A DNA stretch of 64,000 nucleotides from Candidatus Uhrbacteria bacterium (GTDB taxonomy: Bacteria > Patescibacteriota > Patescibacteriia > UBA9934 > GWF2-40-263), in the NCBI GenBank assembly GCA_014239775.1, contig JAAZYG010000005.1, positions 6,746 to 70,745 on the forward strand. The letters run 5' to 3'. Both the position numbers and the translations under genes were made by a program. Positions 8,930 through 16,639 of the stretch are shown here, piece by piece (the stretch's first letter is position 1; every line of letters starts with the position of its first letter). The notes beneath the pieces are model-generated. The model was not told where the DNA came from. It saw nothing but the letters and a program-made list of their open reading frames with translations, and did no database searches.

Positions 8930-10318
8930 TTAAATATTTAATATCGAACCAAACCAATCTTGTAAATCAGTTATCTTAACTCTATTTTGTTTCATGGTAT
9001 CTCTGTCTCTAATGGTTACAGATTTATCATCCAACGTATCAAAATCAACAGTTATACAATAAGGTGTGCCGATCTCATCCTGTCGTCTATACCTCTTTCC
9101 TATAGACTGAGTTTCATCATAATCAACAACCCACTTTTCAGAAACCAAATCTAAGACCTCTTTACTAACACTCTGTAATTCTGGTTTTTTTGACAATGGC
9201 AAAACCGCAATATGAAATGGTGCTATGTGGTTTGGAAACCTCATTAAAACACGCACTTCTCCATTAACTTCCTCCTCATCATAACAACTCAACATCACTG
9301 CAAGCAAGGTTCTATCAACCCCCATTGATGGCTCTATAACATGAGGTACTATCTTTCGTGTGTTGTCATTTGGGTCAGTATAAACCAACTGCTGTCCTGA
9401 ATGTTTTGTGTGATTTTTTAAATCAAAATCGGTCCTATAAGCCAACCCCCAAAGTTCCTTACATCCAAATGGAAAATCAAATTCAAAATCAATTGTTTTA
9501 TTAGAATAATGAGCCAACTTATCTTTTGGAATATCCTTAGCATGAAATCGATCCATATCAATCCCTATACTTTTTGCCCACTCACTCATCCAATCACTCC
9601 AATCCTTAAAATGTTTTTCCCATTCATCTGATTCTACAAAATATTCAATCTCCATCTGTTCAAACTCCAAGGTCCTGAAAATAAAATTTCCAGGTGTAAT
9701 CTCATTACGAAATGCTTTACCGATTTGTGCAATTCCAAACGGAATACGTTTACGAGATGAATCTAGAACCTGCTTAAAATTCACAAATATTGCTTGAGCT
9801 GTTTCAGGTCGTAAATATACACTTGATTTTTCACCTTCTGTAATACCAATACCTGTCTCAAACATTAAATTAAAAGTCTTGACCTTTGTTAGATCATTTC
9901 CATCTGGACTCTTTATTTTATTATCTGTAATTAGCTTATTCAATTCCTTAATACTCATTCCATCCGCATTAACACCTTCAACATTCTCCTCAATTAAATG
10001 ATCGGCACGATACCTTTTATGTGTAACCTTATCTTCAACCAAAGGATCATTAAAAGAATCTACATGCCCTGATGCAACCCATATTTTTGGATTCATTAAA
10101 ATAGAGCCATCTAATCCAACCATGTCCTGACGAGACTCTACTACCCTATGCCACCAATCAGATTTTATATTTTTCCTTAATTGTGCACCAAGAGGACCAT
10201 AATCCCAAGAATTCGCGAGTCCACCATAAATTTCTGAACCAGCAAAGACAAACCCTCGCTTCTTAGCGAGGTTTGATATTTTTTCAATTGTAACAATATT
10301 TTTCATAGCACTACACAA
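8930..10318 (-). CDS. glyQS: glycine--tRNA ligase (class II, dimeric GlyRS type)
   Basis: The N-terminus KRGFVFAGSEIYGGLANSWDYGPLG and the class II motifs match GlyRS. The likely true start is the internal MKNIV. Confidence 0.85.
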   Translation of the reverse strand: MCSAMKNIVTIEKISNLAKKRGFVFAGSEIYGGLANSWDYGPLGAQLRKNIKSDWWHRVVESRQDMVGLDGSILMNPKIWVASGHVDSFNDPLVEDKVTHKRYRADHLIEENVEGVNADGMSIKELNKLITDNKIKSPDGNDLTKVKTFNLMFETGIGITEGEKSSVYLRPETAQAIFVNFKQVLDSSRKRIPFGIAQIGKAFRNEITPGNFIFRTLEFEQMEIEYFVESDEWEKHFKDWSDWMSEWAKSIGIDMDRFHAKDIPKDKLAHYSNKTIDFEFDFPFGCKELWGLAYRTDFDLKNHTKHSGQQLVYTDPNDNTRKIVPHVIEPSMGVDRTLLAVMLSCYDEEEVNGEVRVLMRFPNHIAPFHIAVLPLSKKPELQSVSKEVLDLVSEKWVVDYDETQSIGKRYRRQDEIGTPYCITVDFDTLDDKSVTIRDRDTMKQNRVKITDLQDWFGSILNI

Positions 10319-10331
10319 AGCCTTTTTATGG

Positions 10332-10886
10332 TTACACTGTCATTATTTCTTTTTCTTTATTTACGGCAATATTAGAAATCTGTTCTGTATACTCATTTGT
10401 AAATTTATCTAATTCGTCAAGCATTTTAAATTTCTCATCTTCACTTATGTCCTTGTCTTTTTCTTGTTTCATTATTTGATCTCGTAATTCCTCTCGTACG
10501 TGACGAACCTTAATTCTTGCGTCCTCTATTCTGTCTTTCATGAGCTTGACCATGTTTTTTCTATTATCCTCTGTCATCATTGGCATTACTATCCTAATAA
10601 CATCCCCATCAACCACTGGACTTAATCCTATTCCAGAATCTCTAATAGCCTTTTCCATACTTTGTAACAAGGCTTTATCCCAAGGATCAATAGTAATTGT
10701 CTTTGCATCAGGTATTGTAATAGAAGAAAGGCCTTTCATTTCCATTATAGAGTCATATGCATTCACTGGAATATCCTCTACTAATGCAGGTGTTGCTCTG
10801 CCTGTACGCAAGGATGCCAAATCACCTTGCAAATACTCAATTACTGATTCAAATTTTGGTTTTTGTTGAACTAAAAATGTATGCAT
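10332..10886 (-). CDS. frr: ribosome recycling factor
   Basis: Length 184 aa, and LRTGRATPALVE..V.AYDS is typical of RRF. Confidence 0.85.
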   Translation of the reverse strand: MHTFLVQQKPKFESVIEYLQGDLASLRTGRATPALVEDIPVNAYDSIMEMKGLSSITIPDAKTITIDPWDKALLQSMEKAIRDSGIGLSPVVDGDVIRIVMPMMTEDNRKNMVKLMKDRIEDARIKVRHVREELRDQIMKQEKDKDISEDEKFKMLDELDKFTNEYTEQISNIAVNKEKEIMTV

Positions 10887-10898
10887 AGTTTTTTATTG

Positions 10899-11951
10899 TT
10901 ATTCTACAGGTGCAGCTACTCCGACATATAACACCGAACTGTCTTTTGGGTCAACTACTAATACCCTAGGTATTCTATTTGAAGGAAATCTTTCTGTCTT
11001 CCATGTCACACCAGCATCAGCACTTCTATAAAAAATTGAATTAGCTGCAAAGTAAATACGTTTTGGATCTATAGGATCAATTGCAAGTGCTTTTATCTTC
11101 AATTGGCCTGGTGAAGTAAGAAGTTCCAGCGGTTCCCAATTAAGACCAAAATCTTTTGATCGAAGCAATCCGTAAGTTGTTGCAGCTAGTACAACACTAG
11201 AATTTTTATTTTGTGTCATTGTAAAAACCTCTTTAGCACGCTGCAATTTTTCTATATTACTCTCTACAACCTCCCAATTCTGGCCACCATCTGTAGTTCG
11301 TCTTATACCGCTGTTAAAAGTTGATACTATGACATTACGAGTGTCTACATTGCTTATTAAAATTTCTGAAACCTCGCCACCAGATTTAAGCACAGTTTGC
11401 CACGTATCTCCCTTATCATCACTCCTTAAAACATCTCCGTTAGATAATCCTATCCAAATAGTATTACTGTTATACCAATCAATTGAAATACGATTCACTT
11501 TTACACCATCTCGTGTTTCAAGATATGTCTCTGAACTAAAAGTTCTCATACAATCTTTTGTACTGTATACCCTTGATCCTTTTGCAACATAAACATTACA
11601 AACATTTTTTGGATCAACCTTAATATCTAAAACCAAACCTTCTCTGAATGCCTTGTGACGAACCTGGCGCCATGAATTTCCTGCATCCTCACTATAAAGC
11701 ATCCCATTTTTTCGTGTAGCAATGTATGTAAAATTATTATCTTGTGGATCCATTTCCATATTTATAACATTGGTTGTAGCCAAAGTACCTATACCTTGTG
11801 CTGTTGGAACTAAAACAATCTGCCCCCATTCCTCACCAACATTAACTGTTTTAAATACACCACCATCATTAGTTTTTGGACCACTTGAGCCACCAAAACA
11901 ACCTGCTCCAGCAAGAATGATTGGCAATAAAAGTATTAAAAATCTTTTCAT
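10899..11951 (-). CDS. BNR/Asp-box repeat lipoprotein (sialidase/Ycf48-like beta-propeller)
   Basis: Signal peptide with an LAGAGC lipobox. It has five SxDxGxTW Asp-box repeats: SEDAGNSW, SDDKGDTW, TTDGGQNW, SKDFGLNW and SADAGVTW. Confidence 0.6.
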   Translation of the reverse strand: MKRFLILLLPIILAGAGCFGGSSGPKTNDGGVFKTVNVGEEWGQIVLVPTAQGIGTLATTNVINMEMDPQDNNFTYIATRKNGMLYSEDAGNSWRQVRHKAFREGLVLDIKVDPKNVCNVYVAKGSRVYSTKDCMRTFSSETYLETRDGVKVNRISIDWYNSNTIWIGLSNGDVLRSDDKGDTWQTVLKSGGEVSEILISNVDTRNVIVSTFNSGIRRTTDGGQNWEVVESNIEKLQRAKEVFTMTQNKNSSVVLAATTYGLLRSKDFGLNWEPLELLTSPGQLKIKALAIDPIDPKRIYFAANSIFYRSADAGVTWKTERFPSNRIPRVLVVDPKDSSVLYVGVAAPVE

Positions 11952-11956
11952 ATATA

Positions 11957-12940
11957 TTAAGTTAATAAAATATTTTCAAGAATCAAATGTGTGTTTACAT
12001 TGCTTTTTGCAACAATGCGAGCACGTCTAATTTCTTGAAGTAGGTTATATAAATCAATTATTTTAAATTTATTTGTTAATTTGTTAATATCGTCTTTATT
12101 ATTTTTATAAACACACAAATCATTGCAACCAATCTTATTCAACAACACATCTCTTAACACAGACTCCCACCTATCAAGAACTTCATGTAATTTTTTATTT
12201 TTATCAGTCTCTTGCTTTGTAATAATTTCTGTAACAGATTTAAACTTACGCGCTACCGAAGATTGAAACAAATGAGATACAGAAGAAACAACTATATCTA
12301 AATTTGCACGAAAAGATCCGTCCTTAATATATGATATTGCTAAACCTGGTCTGCCAAATGCTAAATCTGAAAATAAATCTGCTTGTTTTTTTCCAATACC
12401 ACTTTTTATAAGAGAGCTACTAATAAGATCACTTGATACTGTATACAAATTAATAACCTGACAACGAGAAACTATTGTTGCAGGCAAATCACTTATTGAA
12501 GTTGCACGTAAAATTAATAATGCTTTTCCATTAGGTTCTTCTAAGGTTTTCAACAAAGCATTCGAAGCACTCACAGATAATTTATCAGCCTCCTTTATAA
12601 AACCTACTTTATAACTACTTGCAAGAGGACTCATTGCCATCTTTTTATTAAACTCACGTATCTGCTCTACTGATATGTTTTGCTTTAACTTATCTTTGTC
12701 AGAAACTGTAGGTAATCTTTTAACAATAGAAACATCTGGTAATGATTCTAGACGATTTTGTGTATTTAATACATTGCGAATCAATTGCGTAATAACAGTT
12801 GTTTTTCCAGTATTTTTAGGACCAACAAAAAGCATACTATGTGGTAACTGATCGTTTTGAACCAATCTTGTAATGATCTCTTGAGCTGTTTTGTGTCCAA
12901 TTATTCCTGAAAATACGCTCATACTAGCATAGTATATCAC
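11957..12940 (-). CDS. holB: DNA polymerase III delta-prime subunit
   Basis: AAA+ Walker A LFVGPKNTGKTT, then the sensor and arm regions typical of the clamp-loader delta-prime subunit. Its size fits. Confidence 0.7.
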   Translation of the reverse strand: MIYYASMSVFSGIIGHKTAQEIITRLVQNDQLPHSMLFVGPKNTGKTTVITQLIRNVLNTQNRLESLPDVSIVKRLPTVSDKDKLKQNISVEQIREFNKKMAMSPLASSYKVGFIKEADKLSVSASNALLKTLEEPNGKALLILRATSISDLPATIVSRCQVINLYTVSSDLISSSLIKSGIGKKQADLFSDLAFGRPGLAISYIKDGSFRANLDIVVSSVSHLFQSSVARKFKSVTEIITKQETDKNKKLHEVLDRWESVLRDVLLNKIGCNDLCVYKNNKDDINKLTNKFKIIDLYNLLQEIRRARIVAKSNVNTHLILENILLT

Positions 12941-13038
12941 ACTTTATAATCTAAAACATTCATTACTTCTTGGTTATAATACATATGTATATATTACGAT
13001 TCGATCTTATTTGTCATAAATAACCAACAATTCTAATC

Positions 13039-13072
13039 ATCTTTATTTAGCTGAACTTAGCTAAATAAAGAT
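13039..13072. promoter_or_regulatory. perfect 14-bp-stem palindrome (operator or bidirectional terminator)
   Basis: atctttatttagct-gaactt-agctaaataaagat. It lies about 100 bp upstream of the holB start and 19 bp upstream of a plus-strand -35 box. Confidence 0.4.
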
Positions 13073-13090
13073 ATTTCTAAATTGTAGGTC

Positions 13091-13119
13091 TTGACAAAAC
13101 TGACAAAAACTGTTATTAT
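13091..13119 (+). promoter_or_regulatory. sigma70-like promoter pointing into the 13.1-15.1 kb island
   Basis: TTGACA (13091-13096), 17-nt spacer, TATTAT (13114-13119). Confidence 0.45.
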
Positions 13120-13599
13120 TGTCATGTTGATAATCGGCATGTAAATCATTTATTTGAAAATGCCATACAATTGAATACTGGGGAGAGACCAGTGCTATCT
13201 GTGATTGTACAGATGCTCAATCATATAAAATCGATTTTTGTATGTGTCTTTACCTTGATACATTCAACAATCGGTTTTTTATTAATTAAGATTACGGAGG
13301 AGAGAGTGTACCCGTCCCTTCAAATCCGAAAGGAAGAGATGGGCGGTGGATACCAAATGGAATAACTGGGTTTACTCACTTAATCCATACGCAAGGAATC
13401 CGTTATTCATACCAACTCTTGAGTAGGTCACTGAATTTTTTCCCTCCGTGTTCTGAGTTAATAAAACCAAAAAAACTCTATTTATCTACTGTAGATAAAT
13501 ACTTTAACAAGGCAAGCGAACCAATTGAGATGCTTTGAGCTCTTGGTGACCGCATTGATGTGCATATTGACACATCTAGTCTTTTTCTCAGAGCGCTCC

Positions 13600-13826
13600 C
13601 CCTGATGGATGGGTATTTATATACCCATCCATCAGGGCCATTATTAATTTAACACAACCCCTTGCCCGATCGTAATCTTATTTACAAATAAGACATCTAC
13701 GATCGGGTTTCTGTCATAATACGCAATTTATTTGTGTGTTATGAAGGAAATCACATAAAAATAATCTGATCTGGAATGAAGTAAATTATCAACTACTTCC
13801 TTCCAGATCAGATCCCCATGGTGGGG
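13600..13826 (+). repeat. array of four long perfect inverted repeats (hairpins) in the leader of the foreign ORF
   Basis: 13600-13637 has a 17-bp stem ccctgatggatgggtat / atacccatccatcaggg. 13665-13707 has a 10-bp stem cccgatcgta / tacgatcggg with a nested 8-bp stem tcttattt / aaataaga, followed by TTTCTGT. 13764-13813 has a 13-bp stem atctgatctggaa / ttccagatcagat with inner gaagta / tacttc pairing. 13814-13826 is cccca-tgg-tgggg. Confidence 0.6.
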
Positions 13827-13845
13827 CTTTGAAAAGGACAGCACT

Positions 13846-15123
13846 GTGCAAATAAGCACAACACCATCTCAGAAAAGGAGAATTTTAATGCTGCAAAACA
13901 TTTTTGAACCCCCCACCCTCATGGGAATGCAATTTTGTATTCCTGAAAACGACTCGCGTCCGGGCCTGCCGGGCAAGATCGAGGTTCTAGGTCGCAAGGC
14001 CCAGAAGTACTTCACAGGAAAGATAAACTTCCAAGAAAGCCATTTCAACAAAGGTGTTGCCGTCAGTCTGTGCATTCAGGCTGGTCAGGACTGGACCAAG
14101 TTGGGAAGCATTTCTGCGCTGAAAAAGCGTGGTAATGAGCTCCGGCTGATCTCTGAAGCCAGCGTGATTGCTGCTTCTACTGGTCTTCCGGTTGAATGGC
14201 TCGTTAAAGGAACTGAGTCTGTCGAAGGACTGCGAATGATCAAAAAGGCGGTTGAACTCGCTCGAAAGGTCAATCGTAATCACATGTTCTGGAGCAGTGT
14301 AATGACTCCCAGTCAAGTGATTGACCAGGAAATGAACGTCCTTTTGGCTCTGGAAGATGCCCTTATCACCGCACTCAAGACTAACCCCAAGAGTGATGAT
14401 GAGAAGGAAGATCTCAAGCAGAGTACAACGACTGTTGATCTGCGTGACATGGATATGGAGGCTTTCATCGAAGGTCTAGTTCCTGTACCTTCAGAACTTC
14501 CGAAGTTGCCTAGTACCAGGTCTGAATCCGACACCAAAGTCAAGGCAAAAACCTGTACTGACAACAATTGTGTGATCGTGAAGCGGATTGAACTGCATGA
14601 ACCTGGAACCTTGGTGGTTATTAATAACGAACTTCGTTATGTTTGCTGCGGCAAGCATGGCAAATGCCGTTCTTTGATGACACCTGAGGTCGCAAGAGTG
14701 ACTGCAGATGAAAGTAGGCTTCGACGTCAGTACCGGATCCCTGCTTGGAAGCAGATTGTGACTGAAGACTTTCAGTCTGATCGCCACACGGTCTACTGTC
14801 CGAGTTGTTCAAAATTCATCCTCAAGGATGGGTCAAAGACACTCGCACAATGGATCACTTCTGCTGAAGAGACTGAGAGAGATCTTTCTCGAAATGGTAG
14901 GCAAATCGCACGTAGCTTGGGATACAACAATCCCTTGAACAACGACGCCTACCTTGAGCTGGCATTGGCAGAGCCAGGACTGCGTGCTAACGGAATCGTT
15001 GGCCCCAATAAGACCCGAAAAGGTCCAATGGGAATTCGCGCAGCCTTGGCAATCTCCAAGACCAACCCGAATCGTCGTAACGGCAAAAACCGTAGCAACA
15101 ATCGGAATGCTCAACGCTCCTAA
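13846..15123 (+). CDS. hypothetical Cys-rich protein with a zinc-ribbon-like C-terminal half and a basic Arg/Asn-rich tail, in a compositionally foreign ORF (probable start 13888, 411 aa)
   Basis: Long ORF whose G+C is visibly far above the flanks (about half by eye, against roughly 30%). An AAGGAG SD sits 7 nt before the ATG at 13888. Cys pairs CTDNNC, CCGKHGKC and CPSC are present, and the C-terminal tail is KTNPNRRNGKNRSNNRNAQRS. It lacks the Lys/Asn/Ile bias of the host proteins. Confidence 0.5.
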   Translation: MQISTTPSQKRRILMLQNIFEPPTLMGMQFCIPENDSRPGLPGKIEVLGRKAQKYFTGKINFQESHFNKGVAVSLCIQAGQDWTKLGSISALKKRGNELRLISEASVIAASTGLPVEWLVKGTESVEGLRMIKKAVELARKVNRNHMFWSSVMTPSQVIDQEMNVLLALEDALITALKTNPKSDDEKEDLKQSTTTVDLRDMDMEAFIEGLVPVPSELPKLPSTRSESDTKVKAKTCTDNNCVIVKRIELHEPGTLVVINNELRYVCCGKHGKCRSLMTPEVARVTADESRLRRQYRIPAWKQIVTEDFQSDRHTVYCPSCSKFILKDGSKTLAQWITSAEETERDLSRNGRQIARSLGYNNPLNNDAYLELALAEPGLRANGIVGPNKTRKGPMGIRAALAISKTNPNRRNGKNRSNNRNAQRS

Positions 15124-15228
15124 AAAGAGCACTTGTTAATCAATAAAACGATTAACACTTGGGGAACGTAGAAACACTCTTTCTGCGTTCCCCACTCATT
15201 AAAGGTCATAAGACAACTTGTGCTCTTT
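15124..15228 (+). ncRNA. structured 3' element immediately after the foreign ORF (nested stems)
   Basis: An outer pairing aaagagcac (15124-15132) with gtgctcttt (15220-15228) encloses the hairpins gttaatc-aataaaac-gattaac and ggggaacg-(17 nt)-cgttcccc. Confidence 0.3.
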
Positions 15229-15476
15229 AATGGGTATAGAATTCTCTCCCCAAGAGACCAAAATAACATCCTAATAAGGATGTTATTTTGATATAAAAAG
15301 AACCCGGAAAAAACCGAGTTCTTCTACTGGCACGACAAACGCACCCTCTCTCTTCATATCTACTTATGTAGACAAAAAACATTAACACATACACAAACTT
15401 TGTCAAGTATCTTAAACAAAGACAATAAAGATAACTAATAATCTCTATAAAAAAAGGCTTTTTATGTTTAAATTAC

Positions 15477-15505
15477 TTGACAAATATCATATTTTTTGTT
15501 AATCT
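15477..15505 (+). promoter_or_regulatory. sigma70-like promoter
   Basis: TTGACA (15477-15482), 17-nt spacer, TAATCT (15500-15505). Confidence 0.5.
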
Positions 15506-15609
15506 AATCTTACAATTCAATCATGTCTATAAAAATAGATATACTACAACTGACTAGAGTGTGTGTTATGTAAATACAAAACCTCACTCTTTAGTATAGA
15601 GGAGGCAAA

Positions 15610-15762
15610 ATGCCTGGAAAGATAGAGGGAAATAAAGCAAACACGCTTAAACAGACGTGTATTACTAGAACTGCACTAAACTTCTGTAATTTTCGTCAAA
15701 CTGACATAAGTCGTAATCCACGACGTTTTCAACCTTGTTACATTTGTCCAGGCGGTGGTTAG
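15610..15762 (+). CDS. 50-aa basic Cys4 small protein or peptide (absent from the ORF track)
   Basis: GGAGG SD 4 nt before the ATG. The ORF is MPGKIEGNKANTLKQTCITRTALNFCNFRQTDISRNPRRFQPCYICPGGG with a C-x8-C...C-x2-C pattern. It has its own promoter upstream and a terminator right after. Confidence 0.35.
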   Translation: MPGKIEGNKANTLKQTCITRTALNFCNFRQTDISRNPRRFQPCYICPGGG

Positions 15763-15803
15763 CTACTTTAACCAAACCTGTCGACTAAAAGTCATCTTAT
15801 CTA

Positions 15804-15827
15804 CGGCCACTAACTCACGGCCGTTTT
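15804..15827 (+). terminator. intrinsic terminator of the small-peptide unit
   Basis: cggcc-actaactcac-ggccg followed by TTTT. It is oriented for plus-strand transcripts and abuts the stop of the convergent trmB-like gene. Confidence 0.55.
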
Positions 15828-15830
15828 ATG

Positions 15831-16607
15831 TTACTCAAATTTTTGTTTCTTATAATTTTCAGCACCTCTCCATGCTAATTCAAACAAAGCTTTTACAGTA
15901 TCTGCAATTTCCTTACTGGTAATGACCACTGACAAAATAGCTGATTTATATGAAAATAAAAATATATGATTATCTCTCACAACAATACTTCCATGAATCG
16001 GAAACTCACTTGCAGGTATAATTCGTATCTCCCCTTTTCCCATGTGAGGTAATGATACATCTGATTCATCTTCAACAATTGCAAGAACCCTGTGTTCAGT
16101 ATCGCTAGTTCTTAAAGTTGCATGGTGAGCATCTCTGTCGTGCATTACTTCAATTGTATTTTGAACATCCTCAAAAGGAAATATTTCAAAAAATTCACCA
16201 TCTAATTTTTCAAACATTGAACGAACTGTCTTAATCCCTTCAATTCCTTCAAGATATCTGATTTGCGGCTTTGTACCTTCTGCATTAAAAAGAGCCATTA
16301 ACATTGGTAATGTTTTATCTAACTCTGCTCTTTTTTCTGCTATCGCCCTATTTTGAGTATCTAAAATTGCACCAAGTCTTTCTGGAGACTCAGCTGCATA
16401 AAAACGCTTCTTACCTTTTACAAAAGTTGACATAAGACCACGTCCTGACAAAGATTCTATCATGACGTAAGTAGTTGCTCTGTTTACTTTTGATTTATGT
16501 GATATGTCTTGAACAGGTGAAGGACCCAACTCTAAAGCCGCCAGGTACACTGACGCCTCTTTATCAGAGAGTCCTAAATGTTTTAATTCATTGATTAGCT
16601 CATCCAT
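15831..16607 (-). CDS. TrmB-family transcriptional regulator
   Basis: The N-terminal wHTH LGLSDKEASVYLAALELGPSPVQDIS is typical of TrmB, followed by a C-terminal effector domain. Confidence 0.65.
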   Translation of the reverse strand: MDELINELKHLGLSDKEASVYLAALELGPSPVQDISHKSKVNRATTYVMIESLSGRGLMSTFVKGKKRFYAAESPERLGAILDTQNRAIAEKRAELDKTLPMLMALFNAEGTKPQIRYLEGIEGIKTVRSMFEKLDGEFFEIFPFEDVQNTIEVMHDRDAHHATLRTSDTEHRVLAIVEDESDVSLPHMGKGEIRIIPASEFPIHGSIVVRDNHIFLFSYKSAILSVVITSKEIADTVKALFELAWRGAENYKKQKFE

Positions 16608-16639
16608 AAATATATTTCTATCTTTTTATTTCAAAAACA

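Noticed and set aside
13171-13365. A 64-aa ORF at the start of the island leader.
   Set aside because: It has no SD and a hydrophobic low-complexity translation, and it lies in the AT-rich part of the leader. It is probably non-coding, so it is left unannotated.
13846-15123. Calling the 411-aa ORF a TnpB (IS200/IS605 OrfB) or IscB RNA-guided nuclease.
   Set aside because: Only a weak RuvC-III-like stretch (ERDLSRNGRQIA) is present. I find no RuvC-I (GIDLG-like) block, no RuvC-II (ExL...M) block, no PLMP or HNH block, and the CxxC spacing does not match the OrfB zinc ribbon. It is kept as a hypothesis to test, not as an annotation.
13128-15830. Interpreting the island as an integrated ssRNA phage, a group II intron, or an integron cassette.
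   Set aside because: An RNA phage cannot be chromosomal DNA. No reverse-transcriptase motifs or domain V-like hairpin were seen. The hairpins are perfect and lie upstream of the ORF, unlike attC sites.
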